Below, in pieces: positions 33,204-45,614 of a stretch of DNA of 45,614 bases. Source of the DNA: Dimorphilus gyrociliatus (taxonomy: Eukaryota > Animalia > Annelida); contig CAJFCJ010000065.1 in the NCBI GenBank assembly GCA_904063045.1, forward strand, positions 117,311 through 162,924, read 5' to 3'. How positions within the stretch are numbered: position 1 is the stretch's first letter; every line of letters starts with the position of its first letter. The translations under genes were made by a program, and so were the position numbers. A model generated the notes under the pieces. The model did no database searches and was not told the origin of the DNA. It was given only the letters and a program-made list of their open reading frames with translations.

Positions 33204-34610
33204 GACAAGCGACATTAGATGTTCACTATTCATTGAACAACACAATAATGTTATCAAGCTGACCCTTTAAACTTTCCTAATCACCTATTGTTCAGGGATT
33301 AATAATCATGGGGGTCAACTGTCTGAGGGTCAATTTTCCTTTACCCGAATTAGGCTTGGATCTATTTCCAAAAGAGAATATCAAGAAAGTAGTACAATAT
33401 TTGATTATCAATCCACTAATATTTACAACTAACCCTGGTTGACCTACCATGGTTTCACCTCCCCCTTTGCAAAGACCCATCAGGGTAATTCCAGAGGATA
33501 GTTTCACTTAAAGGCGCGGCTTGCCATTACAGTTCTGTAACTGAATTCTGCCTTTGCTTTTATATTTAATTATTTTGTTGCTATATTTATGATGTTGTTC
33601 TTTGTTATATCATCAAATTCAATTTGTTTATAACTAATAATAAGCTAAAGAACAGTTTTAAATAGAACCTCAATTTTATTAACAACTCACATATCTCTCT
33701 AAATACTTGTTGTTCTGAAAAAATAATGATATTATTGGTGGAGTCACTAAATCTGATAGGGGCAGCACTACCTTCAGATGGAACCTCCATCTACAAATAC
33801 ACATCTCTGTTAAATCCTTGGAACACTGATACCATGTCTTCCAGTTTCTCTTGCAATGATTTGACAGAGAAAATGAGTAGTAATGAACACTTTATACTTT
33901 AAAATGTTTTTTATGAAAGAAGCTGACCACCTAAATTTATCTGCCAAATTACTCAGGGTGAATGAAACCAATTAAAGGCAGAACCATTTTTAGAACTTTC
34001 AATTTTGTCAAAATGTTACTTTGCATTGTTCAAACTTTGAAATTGTGAACTGTTCAACTCTTAGGAAAGTACATAAACCAATGAATTTAATTCACTTCTA
34101 TTTGGACCAGCACTTACCTACAACCCCCATCAGGAAAGTACACTTACCTTGTAACTTTTAGAGAATATTCAAGTTGAAATAAAAAATTAGCCCTTGAAAA
34201 ATGCAATTTAAAAAGCGGTTTTCTCAGAGAACTAACAAATATTATAACACATTTTTGCTCTTTATCAAAATTAGTTTTTCCCATAACAAATTTGATTTGG
34301 GTTCAACAGAAAAATTCCTGATTAAGTTATCAGTGGATAAATGATTAAAACTGTACACATATGAACCAGAAATTCCTACAATTACTATACAAAAATGTAC
34401 AATTTTTGAATAGGAGAAATGTCCACTGAAAAGCATGGGTTTTCTAGTAAAATTTACACATAAAGATTAGTGTGAAGCAATTATTATTCTATCTCATCTC
34501 AGTTTGAATATTTTTGATGTCACTATTGATTGGCAATATATAATAGGCCTAGGACAAAGGAGAAAATTATTGTCTGAAAATCACGTTTCATTTCATTAAT
34601 AATGATAAAT

Positions 34611-35780
34611 TTAAGACTGTGGTTTACTAAATTGAATAACTACAACAGATTTGATTGATTTGATACAAAAGTCCATTTGCTCCAGAAGTACTGCTGTAAC
34701 TTGCAATGTATAAATTGACCAAACAGAGCAGTACGATATATATAAAAGTAAAAAAATGGTGGTCTTCTGTTCTAGAAGAATCAGCTGTTCAATCATAATC
34801 TTTACTCTTTCAAACAACAGATTCAAGTTTTTTTGACACATTTTTAGTCACATATTATTGAAATGTCAAAAAAGTCCATTTAGAAAATGCAAGTTATTCA
34901 ATTAGTCTGTTAGTACATATTCACAAAATTTTCCCAACTGATATCTAAACACCATAAGGTATTCTTCTGGGAAAAAGCTTCTGCTGAGAATAATCTTCTT
35001 CAATGTTCTTGTTGAATATTGAAGTCTTTTAGAAATATGAAAAATTCCTTTTCCCATATATGAATTTTTTGATATATCTATTACTTCTATTTTAGAACAT
35101 TTTTTCAGAAGATTTCCAAATTCTTTACAAAGGTCTGCCTTGAAATCGCAATGTTGGAAAATGATAGTATTCAAATATTTTGATGATTGTTTAAGTCCTT
35201 TACAGATATGAAAAAAATGTTCTCTCATTGAGCAATTGGTTGATAAATTAATATATTCTATTTTAAAACATTTTTTCAGAAGATTTACAAAGATTGTTAG
35301 TTGTTCTGGTGACCCAAAGCAACTTTTGAAATCAATACATCTCAATGTATTGGATGATTGTTCAAGTTCTTTACAAATATTATTTTCCATTATCCAATTA
35401 TTTGATAAGTATATTTTTTCTATTTTAGAACATTTCTTCAAAAGTTTTGCAAGTTGTACACCATCGTTATAATTCAAATCACAGCCACTGAATAATCTTC
35501 AATGTTTTTGGATGAATATTCAAATCCTTTCAAAACAGTAACTTATTCTTTTCTAGTTGTTGAATCATCAGAAAAATCTATATTTTCTATTTTTGAACAT
35601 ATTTTTAGAAAATTTCCAATTATTTCACATTGATGTACAGTCAAATTATTGTTTTGAAATGAATAATTGTTCAGTGCACAATCTTCAGGATGAGGTTTTG
35701 CTGACAAGGCTTTTCTCATTTTCCAGTTGTGCCATAAATACATTTCTTTTATATTTAAAAAGCTTTTTAGAAGATTTCCA
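34611..35780 (-). pseudogene. RI-type/NLR-like LRR repeat gene fragment
   Basis: Repeating ~56 aa unit LKKCSKIExIxLSxN...ICKxLxxSSxxLxxIxFxxC in 34902-35477, with further units in 35543-35743 and 34611-34841 in shifted frames. No NACHT or death domain is visible. Confidence 0.7.
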
Positions 35781-36169
35781 ATTTTGTTACATTGTTAGAG
35801 TTGTATAATCATGATATGGTTAAAGTTGTAACCACCTTTTCTAATAAGATGTTTTTCAATGGTTAAGATTGAAGTTTGGATTATAAACAAAAAAAGCGAG
35901 AATGGGAAAAAATGACCCTGAGAAAAAACGTCCTAGGGTGGGAAAAACATCCAAGGAGTGGGAAAAGATATTTGAATGGCAAAAGCTAAGAATGTTATAC
36001 AAAGTCTAAATGTTACTAGAATACAAACAAAGTAGGTTAAGACACTAAGAATTATTTTGAATAGATTGATGCAATCTTCTGCAAGAGGACAGCAATCATT
36101 CCCAATTTGTATTTATCCCAAACAGCAAACACTTGGTTCTGCATCTGGATCACACTTTTCCTCTGATAC

Positions 36170-36345
36170 TCCTTTTGTTATGATTGCGTTCATGTTTGCT
36201 CTTTATGAAAATATTTCCTTTTTGTTAAATAATAACTGGACATTCAACATTGTTATTTCTAACAGAACATCTCCAGATGGTTCTCTTGTCACTTCTAGTA
36301 TATCTTTAGCCATGCATAGGATGCTTTTTCCCAAACCTGTTTAAC
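36170..36345 (-). mobile_element. MULE FLYWCH-domain fragment
   Basis: GK-HPMHG*RYTRSDKRTIWRCSVRNNNVECPVII*QKGNIFIKSKHERNH aligns with WRFSVRNKKTFCPATIKQRGNIFVSSHINHNH at ~12700-12800. Confidence 0.75.
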
Positions 36346-36365
36346 CCAGGTACATTTTAACAGAT

Positions 36366-36830
36366 ATGATCAATAATTATGAAAGCTTTATTGCCGCAAA
36401 CCAAAGTGATATTGGTTCACCCCATGTTCAACCAATGACTATTGAATTATTGGAAGATCTAAAACCTTTTAAACAAAGACCTATTAGATTACCACCCAAT
36501 GAACAACAGGAATTTAGGTATCAACTTAATGGTTTATTGGAAATGGACAAATTAGAACAAATAAAAGTCAATGGGCTTTGCCAATCATTTTTGTTAAAAA
36601 GGAACATTGAGAATGTGTGTGGATTACATAAAACTTAACAAGCAAATTAGTTAATAATTACACCAAAAAACTGGTGTAAAATTGAAAGGGACTAAAGAAG
36701 CAGAGGAGGCTTATCAGACACTAAAGAAATCAATGACATACTTCAACTACCTTATTACCATTTTATTTAACAACAGATACTTCCAATTATGCAGTTGGTG
36801 CAGTTCTGGAACAAGAATGGGAAGATGATG
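36366..36830 (+). mobile_element. Gypsy pol fragment (pre-RT, RT start, RNase H start; RT core deleted)
   Basis: PFKQRPIRLPP...SQWALPIIFVKK...LRMCVDYIKLN, then EAEEAYQTLKK and ILTTDTSNYAVGAVLEQ (RNase H TDAS..GAVL motif), across frameshifts. Confidence 0.85.
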
Positions 36831-36839
36831 TAAAGAAAA

Positions 36840-37330
36840 TAAGATTCCTACTGGTTGCATTGATGGTTATTTCACCAAATCTGAAGATGGAAGTTGTGTG
36901 AAATGTGACATCTCTTGTTCCAGATGTTATACGAAGAATGGTGGAAATCTGGAATGTTCTAAATATGCTTCTGGTTATACTTCTGGTGATAATAGAAATT
37001 GTGCATTATGTCCAAGTAATTGTGTGAAATGTGATTGGAGTGCTCTTACATCAGAAACTAAATATAAAGAATGTAAAGCTACCCACAAGCTGTATTCTTT
37101 GGGAAATAAATGCCCTAGTCGTTGCTCATCTTGTAACATTGATTCAAAACAATCTACAGATCGTGCAACTTGTATAAGTGGTTATGGAACATCAGCCAGC
37201 AATGGAAAGTGTCTATGTAAGTCTTAAAGTGTTCATTTATGACTTGTAAATAAGAAATCTTAATCTTTAAAACAAGATGTTTCTACAGCTCGTGAAAAAA
37301 ATTGCGTAACTTCTAGAGGTTATGGAAAGA
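36840..37330 (+). pseudogene. Furin-like/EGF-like Cys-rich repeat gene fragment
   Basis: GCIDGYF...CVKCDISCSRC...SGY...CALCPSNCVKC...CPSRCSSC...TCISGYG...KCL|gtaagt. Several expected Cys are replaced (SKYASGY, TKYKEC, TDRATC). No start or signal exon. Confidence 0.7.
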
Positions 37331-38344
37331 ACATCCCATTTTTGCAAAAAAAGTCCCATTCTTAAAAGAATATACTTATTTGAAAGAAATATTCAATATT
37401 TGAAAAATGTATTATATGTTTGGAAAGATATTTGTACTTTGATGTTTTTGGTATGTTTTTGTAGAATTTTGTTGATTTTTGTTGGTTATTGTTGGAGAAA
37501 GAGTTTTTAAATTATGAAAGAGTAGGAATTGATGAATTAAAAACAATTATATATAAATGTAAACATTTAAAACCCACCAAACATCTAGACAACCAAAACC
37601 CAGGTCAAGTATATAGGATTTTATTTATCCTAAGTTCAACATACACATGCCTATTGCACCAACTCACATAAGGGAACTGACATATCTCAACTAAGAGATA
37701 CAATTATTTTTCCAATCAATTCATTAGCCAAAATCAACTGAACATACTTGGACTAACAAAATGAATGTTGGAAATGAGATTTTACAAACAAAAATACTGC
37801 ACACCACGGATTCCTTACATTCTTATACCAAACAAATCAAAATCTATATTCAAAAAAGAATGAGGAATCTTGACATCTTCCCCAATACTTAAATTATTCA
37901 TTACACACAATATTTATGGAGATAAACAATACTTATTCAAATTTCCTTTCCAATCCATTCATTAGCCAAAACAACCTACAACATGGATCAATTAGATGAA
38001 CGTTTACAAATTCCATAAAGTATTGATAGGAAAACTGTTAAAAGTTCATTAATCTTTGAATAAGTTTTCAGCAGATATTTTCTATATCTGATTCAAACTT
38101 ACACCATAAACAAAATTACCATCAATATTAATTAAGTAAAAAACATTATAGCCTAATGCTAACGACTTGGTTTGAACTATTTAAGACTAATTTTTATAAA
38201 ACTATTGTTAAAATCATTAATTCATTTCCCATCTTCCATTTGCACTCAGTTCATTAAAGCAAAAAATTGACATTTTACTAACTTTTTATGAATAAAAATG
38301 ACATTATGACAAGTTTATTATATGAACTATACAATATCTAAACC

Positions 38345-38374
38345 AGAGACAGAGAGTGAGAGAGAGAGAGAGTT
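38345..38374. repeat. Imperfect (GA)n microsatellite
   Basis: gagacagagagtgagagagagagagagt, just upstream of the 38401 ATG. Confidence 0.8.
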
Positions 38375-38400
38375 TAGAGAAAGGAAAGAAAAGAAAAAAT

Positions 38401-40687
38401 ATGAAGTTGTTAACATATGTTTTACTTGGTAATTCGAAATATTAATATTTATTTTAAAGAAAGTTTTTAATATTTTAACCTAAAGGATATGCTACTACCA
38501 ATATTTTACAAGCTCTTACCACAAACAATATTGCAAGAGGAAAAATGGCTTTCCAAAGTTCTACTAATAAATCTCAAGACCATCCAGAAGATTCAAATTT
38601 TGCAACTCTTGCAACACAATCATCTAAAAATATCACTCAAGATACTAATGTGATTTAAAAATTTTATTCTTTCTTTTCACCTTTTATTGAGCACTTTTTT
38701 GTTTTTGCACAAAATATTTTTCTTCTTTAAAGGATACATTTGCTTGTGCATTTACTGATGCTGACTCTGCAGAATATTCATGGTGGGCAGTTGACCTTGA
38801 AGATATTTATTCAATTTCAAGTGTATGTTTATTAACTGGAAAAACTGGTACAACTATTTTCCAAAAAACTATTTATTTTTGCTAAAAAAAATTATTCTTC
38901 TCTGATACAGGAATTTCAAAATTTGATATTACAATGGGAAATTCATTGACAGAACAAAATTCTTTATGTAAAAGAGTAGATGAATCAAGAAAATATCCTA
39001 TATCAGAAACCAAATACAATTGCTATACATGTTCAGAAGCAATAGGATCATTTCTGTTCTTAAAATCATACTTATTGGGAGGTGATATCTCACTTTGTGA
39101 TATTGATGTAAGAGGGAAATTTTTAAAAAGAAGAGGTTAAATTTAATATTTTAATTTTAGTTTATTTATGAAACTTAATTATATATGAAAACAGAATTTC
39201 AACTTTTAAAAATGAATGATGTACAGTTAATTGGAGGAAAACATTACCTAGGTCACTCTGTAAATAAAGTTATTGATAGAATTTTTTCAACTATTTATAA
39301 TAGTAGAGGTCAGGTTATTGGTCGTTATTATGCGCCATTTATTCTTATAAAATTTACCAAACTACATGATTTTTACGGAATTCTTGTCATAGGAAATCCA
39401 TCTAGCAGTAAGCTTTTTCAGTTGTTTTGAAAGAAAGACACAAATAATTGAACAATTAGTAATCTTTGTTTTTTTTTTTAGATAATTACTTTAAACATTT
39501 CTATGGATCAGTTAATATTTTACCAGAGACAGTTTTTAATCCTGATAGAAATTTTTGCATTTCCGATAAAAATCCTATATATGAACCACATTTTGGAAAT
39601 CAAGTTTGGTGGTGTGATCAAATTTATTCTGGTAGATACTTCCTTGTTCAACAATTTCTCGATTATAAAACACTTATGATATTGAAAATATCGGAAATAT
39701 TTTTATATGGAAAATTGACAACGCTCTCAAAATATCATAGTGAATATCTTATCTCTCTTTGTCTCTCATCATATTTAAAATTATTATTGAAACAAATTTT
39801 TTTTTCAGCTTTTTCTCATCAATTTGAAAATATTATTGAGAATGTGACAATAAATAAATCAAATTTAATTCCTCAACAAATCAATTCACTTCAAGATTAT
39901 TCATCATTTTTCAACAACAAAATAGAAATTTTTGCAGATAGCATTATTCAAATTGAAACAAATCTTATCTATTTAAATGCTATTTGTTTATCTCGTTTGT
40001 ACCAGTTTCTTTCTATTAAAATAGGCCTAACTTATTATTCCTATTAATTAAATAGTTGACAATAAAAAGTTTCTAACATCAGGAACTATTTTAAAAATTC
40101 AAGATTCTATTTGGAATAATGTTGTTGTTGTAGAATTTACTGGCCAATTTCTACATGATCATATAGTTTGCAGTACATTTAGATTTTCATTTGCAAAGAA
40201 ATTTGAAATAATTTCCAAAGCGAAAAATATTGACAGAATACTTTTTTATGATATTTCATTCTTTTCAAAAACAGGTATATTCAAATTTCTTTCTATTTTT
40301 TGTTTTATGTTTCTCATTTAAACTAAAACAACAAATCTTTTGGTTTTTTTTTTTTTAGTAAATTCCATTAAAAGTAATGAAATGTGTGAATCAAATTTTA
40401 ATTCATTTACTCAATTTATTAATTTAACCAATTTTAAATCTACAATGGAAAAGAATAATGTTTATATGTTAATTAGTGGAAATATTAATCCTTATCAATT
40501 GATTATTTGGAATGATTTAGAAGGATTTATTTCAAAGAAGAGCCTTTGTGAGAAGATTGAAATTTTAAACACAAATCAGCATTTTACAGAAAAATATTTT
40601 TTCAAGTGTTCTAATGTAAGCGCTCGAATTCAAATTTACAACTCTAATGACAAAATATTTCCTTATGATATAGTTTTATATGTGTAG
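38401..40687 (+). CDS. Secreted multi-domain F-type-lectin (FTP/discoidin-like) protein, multi-exon
   Basis: Signal exon MKLLTYVLL(G)|gt. NIARGKMAFQSST, CAFTD...WWAVDLEDIYSISSV and DISLCDIDVRG match the F-lectin N.A.GK.A.QSS, C.HT..WW.VDL and L.LCEVEV.G motifs. A second domain ends WWCDQIYSGRYFLV...LKISEIFLYG. Further beta-rich exons run to the stop at 40687. Confidence 0.7.
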
Positions 40688-41504
40688 TAACAGATTGACA
40701 AAGTCAATATATTGTAATTTTCATTTTAAAAATAAAGTTATTGTTGTATTGAATATTATTCTAAAATAATTAATCAAACACTAAGAACCTCTTCACCTCT
40801 TCCCTTCTGTTATTCAATAAATTATTTTCTAATCAATCAATTCAGAGATTTATAAAAAATGGATGAATCTGATAAATATCTCAACAGCTGCAATAGCATA
40901 CCATTCGCCTTTCAATATATTATAAGTTTCAAGAAAGGTCACACATCTATTAAAAACTAATGTTGGCTCTGAGTTTGTTGATTTATGTCAGAACTGCCAA
41001 TTAATTAATGATTGCTTTTGTTTTTACATTGCAATTTTTATAAGTATTGACTACCTGAATGTGAATAAATGACATCTGTCTAAGTAGATATCCACCAATA
41101 TGAAATATAAATTAAAGTATTTTGTGTATATAGGACTTATATCTTTTTTTAAATTTAAATATTTAAAAACTGTATATATGAATGTTTAAATGAACAAAGT
41201 GAAAAGAGACGTTTTTTTTAAAATTCTTGTGCGTGTTACATTTATTTAAAAAGTAGAAGAGAAATGAAAATGCACACTTGGAATGAATGACATATTGATA
41301 TTTATGTCATACAAAATGCCTACATTGGGATAATGTTAAAGAAAGTAACCTTGCCCATCACAAAGGAATCAAGAGAAGATGATTACACAATTATCTACAA
41401 AATTTAATGAAGAAAAATTGTTGCCAAAAGTAGATGTTTTTTCTTAGCAGACGACATTAAAATTCATAAAAACTTTTTTTAATACGACAAATAAAACATA
41501 GAAA

Positions 41505-41880
41505 CTAGCACAAGTTTTGAGTTCTTTTCTGCAAGACTTTTCTTACAAATATACCAAAGCTGTAAATATCATTTTTTTCTGTTTCTACTGTCTTTTCTTG
41601 AAAATTGTTTATATAAATGAAAAATTCATTTTTCTGTGTTAGAATGTCAATTGAAAAAACACAGATTTGCATTGTTTCCTTTTGAGTGAAATTGAGCCTA
41701 TCAATACTTACATCTTTGTATAATAAATCTGTAGAAAGATTCACACCAAGAGTTAGATTATAAGAATGGACAAAGTGAATAGTTTCAATGACTTTAACTA
41801 TGCATTTCATATGTAAATTGTCTGTGAAAAAGTTTCTTGAATAGTGTAACTTTTGAAAAGAGTCTGGAATGTCTTGAAAA
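41505..41880 (-). pseudogene. Degenerate CUB-like exon (possible relic of a further receptor 5' end)
   Basis: After an AG acceptor: LHYSRNFFTDNLHMKCIVKV...NLTL...IDRLNF...IC...FIYINNF...FGIF loosely follows CUB (SP.YP..Y..N..C.W.I, D.L.I, GF). A weak LDLa-like FLCDG lies at ~41360. Confidence 0.3.
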
Positions 41881-42111
41881 AAATATTTTCTATTTGAATT
41901 AATATGAAAAAAGTTAATCACTGAAAATATTTTAGAAAAGATTTAGGTTGAAAAGAAGATAAAAATTTTTATCCCTACTTTTCATTTGAGTTTCATATCT
42001 AATTGAGTGAATTATGTCATTTCTGTGATAAAATGATAATTTAATAGGTATGCCTAGAGACAACCCTAACCAATAGATTTATAGTGAAACCCCTTTCCCG
42101 GATCTATAAAC

Positions 42112-45100
42112 CTATTTTTTTGTTTTTTGTAACAAAGAAAGACCTTTCTTTAATTCTCTTATAGGACAACTTGTTATAGTAGTCCACGCATTGGCCGAGT
42201 AGAAAGATGATTGGATTGAGAAATGAATTTAATGGTAAAATCAAAATTATGATCAAACTATAAACATCATTCTTCATTTCTAAATTTATTGCTTTGGCTA
42301 ATATTCCTGAAGAAAAATGAAGCAGATATAGATGTTTTGTTACTTTTGGATTTTTTATAAAGAAAATGTGCCATGTAAGGGTTTCAAGTTTAACTTTTAG
42401 GTTAAAATTTTGAAAATTTTATTATTTAATCTATTTTTTCTACCACAAAGTTTGAATTTTTATCCTAACATCTAATGTCAAGGTCACATCAAGCTTATTT
42501 TGAAATTTTCAAAACCAAATTCCTCATTTCAACTAAAATCTGCAATTGCCCTTGCCCTTGTCTTTTAGGAACATTAAGTCTCACTTTTAGAGCCCTTTTC
42601 GAACTATGGATCTTCTCTGAACTATTTTTTTTTTTACCTAAAACAAAGCATGGCATCCAAACAAGAATATTGGAAAATACCAATATCAGAACATTTTTCT
42701 TTATTTTCCTTTCTTTCGTGTGACAATTCACCAATTTGGACGATTTTAGAACAACTCTAATTATATGAATATACAAAATACACATAATCAGGCTGCATAT
42801 TGGTATTATTACGCCAAATAATATAAATGAAAACATCCAATCACTTCTCTCTTCGTTCCTTATATAGACATTGAAACAGATTGGAGTAAGGTTATATATG
42901 TTCTATTATATTGGAAAAGGAAAATTTTTTGAGTACTTTTAAGATAAAAGGGACAAGGAGGATTTTTTAGCCTATAATCTATAGGGAATAAAATCCATTA
43001 TCCCTTATCATCATTACCTTTTGTTGCATAAAGTAATGAGATAGCGAAGCGATAAGGCAACAAACTAGAATTGCAAGAGTTGATAGTAGATTAGAGTGTT
43101 TGGAAAAGAAGGATTGAACGAAGGGATTATACGCGGTTTGATGTCTATCGCAAGTGATTAATAGGGTAAAACAGGTTGATAATAGCAGAGAAAGCGTCAT
43201 AATTTTACCCAAGACATAACACCAGATACTATTTCTCCAATAATTGTCATTTTCTAAATAACTACCTCTGTAATAATTATCAACAATTGCAATGGCCAAA
43301 ATGTAGATTGACGTCAGTAAATCGCTCAAAGATAACAATTTGAAATATCTCAATTTAAATCTTCTATAAATCATATTAAAAATAGTTAAAGAATTTGCAA
43401 TAAAACCAAATAATCCATAAAACCAGAATAATAATTTTATATAATTTGAACTAATTAAATTTGAACAGGTGTGAAAAAATGCCGACGACGGATAACAAAT
43501 TACATTCTTTCCTAGAAATTTCCAAGAGAGGCAACACAGTTTAAAACTTGTCCCAAAAAGTTTTTTAAGCCTATTCAATCCTTTTACTAAATGAATTTCT
43601 TCATTTGATGGAAAGAATGTATTATTTAAATGAAGTTCTTGTAAATTTATTGAATTGTATAAGAGATTGTTAGCAATAGTTTTTAATTTACAATTTGTCA
43701 TTTTAAATATTTTCAAGTGATGTAAATTTTGAAAATATACTGATGATAATGACGTTATTTTCGTATACGAAACGTCAAAATGCCTTAAATGTTTACAGTG
43801 AAAATGTTTTAAAAATTCAAGTGTATACATTGAGTTGTTTGATAAAAATAGATACTGTAATAGTCTTAATGAAGAATTATAGATAAATGTTTCATTTGTA
43901 TAAGCATTGTTTGTCACTGATAGATAAATTAAATTTGGAAAATTTCTTACTGGACAACTCAATTTCATTTGAATATTTTCAATTTTTAAAATTAATATTT
44001 TTGTTGAATACTTGAACATCTTTATTGGAATTGAACCAATTATTGTTAATTTTTCAAAATATTTCCCAATTTCACTTAATTTTTTACTATGATTCAACTC
44101 AATACTATTTAATGAATTTGAACTAAAGCTGCAATTCAATTCGAATAATGACGTTTCGTTGCAGTTTTCAAAATGAATTGGATTTTTAGACTTTAAACAA
44201 AATTGTTCGTCACTTCCGTATCGACAGTTGACGACGCTGTCGCAAACTTTTGCCAATAGAATGAAAAGTGTTTCGTTATGACATTTAAAGAAATGTTTTG
44301 GAGAAAAATTGTCTATGGAATACAAAAACCGCTTTAGGGCTGAGTTAGGGTTAGGGTAATAGACTTACCGCAATTAAACTCGTCGTCTTGGTTATAGCAA
44401 TGAATAACACCGTCACAAACTTGTTCAATTGATATACAGTAGTTTTCTCTTTGACAAAGGTATTCTCCAAATTGACATAACCTTTTAAAGCATGGTTCGC
44501 TTAATAGGAATAAATTTGTATTTGGTATTTTCAATGAACTTTCTTTAAAATAGCAGGTTTCTCGATGAGAATCTACAAAAATTCTCACTTTATACTCGTC
44601 ATTTTCACCGCAATCGTATTTTCCATCGTTAATTAACGTATTCGATAAACAGTACGATCCGCATTGTAATTGATACTCTTTGTTGCACACTAACAAAATA
44701 ATGAATGAGCACGAAAGAGATATTTTCTCTTTTCATATTTAAGAAATAAAAATTGGGCAAACTTTTTCGAAATTCCTTTCTAATTGCTCGTTTATTCTGA
44801 CACAATTCATCGCTGGAATCGAAACAATTTCTTTCGTTATTACACACAGTATCTTCTTTAATACATTGAAAATTTGCGCAAGGTCTAAAAGAAAGTGATA
44901 TCTTCAAAACGAATCAATAAAATATCAACTAACGTTTCGTTCGACAAACAATCTCTAATTTCTGAAATAATTATCTATAGATAATACGTATATAGGCCTA
45001 TTTAGTTTGCTTATCGACTTACTACAATAAATCTCATCAGATTGATCTGGACAATCTGCAATGAAATTGCAAACTTTTTGAAAATTGACTAATTTCCCAG

Positions 45101-45614
45101 TTGAATGGCATTTGAAAATAATTGTTGTTTCGTCTTTAACGCAATTTTCTTCGTCCTCGTTTAATGGACAATCAAAAATACCATCGCAAACGTATATGAT
45201 ATTTATGTATGTTTCGCTTCTTTGACAAAAAAATACATTATTGAGTAAACTGGTAGTAGCGCTTCTATTTTGAATTGTTAGCGAATTGAATGAACTTTGA
45301 ATATCTATTTAAAAAAAGTGAAATTTAAAAAGATAATGTATAAACATGACAAACATAGAAATTTGAAATTTAGATACTTTGAAATTTTTGACATATAATC
45401 CAACTTGTCTCGTGATGATTACAATCAATATCCAAGATTTTAAAATATGTTTTAATCCTTTTCGAATTAGCCAAACGCTTGCCTTGTTTCTCTTTCTAAA
45501 ACATTAAAAAAGGATGATAAGCTTTTCTGTCTTTTTTTTGTGGAACACACATACAATAATTTCAATTTTATAACAACTTAACAATTCCGATGAACAGTAG
45601 AAACTTTGTTTTGA
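42112..45614 (-). CDS. GRL101/LGR-like GPCR paralog D (CTL-like - LDLa array - LRR - 7TM; 5' end beyond the right edge)
   Basis: CTL end DCNHHETSWIICQK (~45380-45430). Double-LDLa exon IYVCDGIFDCPLNEDEENC (~45000-45290) and further LDLa exons. LRRs, hinge LCCLSWK...FHTCSNLI, TM3 ITCDRH, spliced PICFNVY, TM6 NILVWMPC, TM7 LPLNSFLNPIIF, stop 42112-42114. One extra T at ~44888. Confidence 0.85.

Noticed and set aside
33292-33790. Two short minus-strand ORFs in a GC-richer patch
   Set aside because: Interrupted by stops and no domain recognised; probably repeat or gene debris.
37330-38100. Strand-biased low-complexity region with a short internal duplication (ttccaatc.attcattagccaaaa at ~37710 and ~37948)
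   Set aside because: May be a decayed retroelement tail, but no diagnostic motif was found in any frame.
1-45614. rRNA, tRNA, CRISPR arrays or prokaryotic operons
   Set aside because: None seen. Spliceosomal introns and metazoan domain content show this is animal nuclear DNA.

Overview
AT-rich animal genomic DNA with short (~50 bp) GT-AG introns and the standard genetic code. It resembles a compact-genome lophotrochozoan such as a meiofaunal annelid, but that is inference, not identification. The window holds four GRL101/LGR-type receptor genes (LDLa repeats + LRR + rhodopsin-type 7TM): ~1-1500 (-, partial), 1636-7866 (-), ~18025-24486 (+) and 42112->45614 (-). The two copies whose 5' ends are visible carry an unusually long ectodomain: several degenerate SRCR-like modules and a C-type-lectin-like module ahead of the LDLa array. 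Between the receptors lie a secreted bacterial-type sphingomyelinase-like gene (damaged), an intronless class A GPCR, a 4-exon GNAT acetyltransferase, an intronless CASPR-type fibrinogen-like/F-lectin-like gene, a GPI-anchored Cys-rich gene, a multi-domain F-type-lectin-like gene, and RI-type LRR, furin-like and CUB-like relics. Transposons are dense. They include an intact 2.67 kb PHD-FLYWCH-MULE element (110 bp TIRs, 9 bp TSD) inserted in a coding exon of the third receptor, three decayed relatives, a MITE, one full-length and three broken mariners, and gypsy fragments. Many apparent frameshifts are single-base indels in homopolymers, so some pseudogene calls may be assembly errors. No rRNA, tRNA or CRISPR could be supported. 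All domain calls come from motif recognition by eye; no searches were run.
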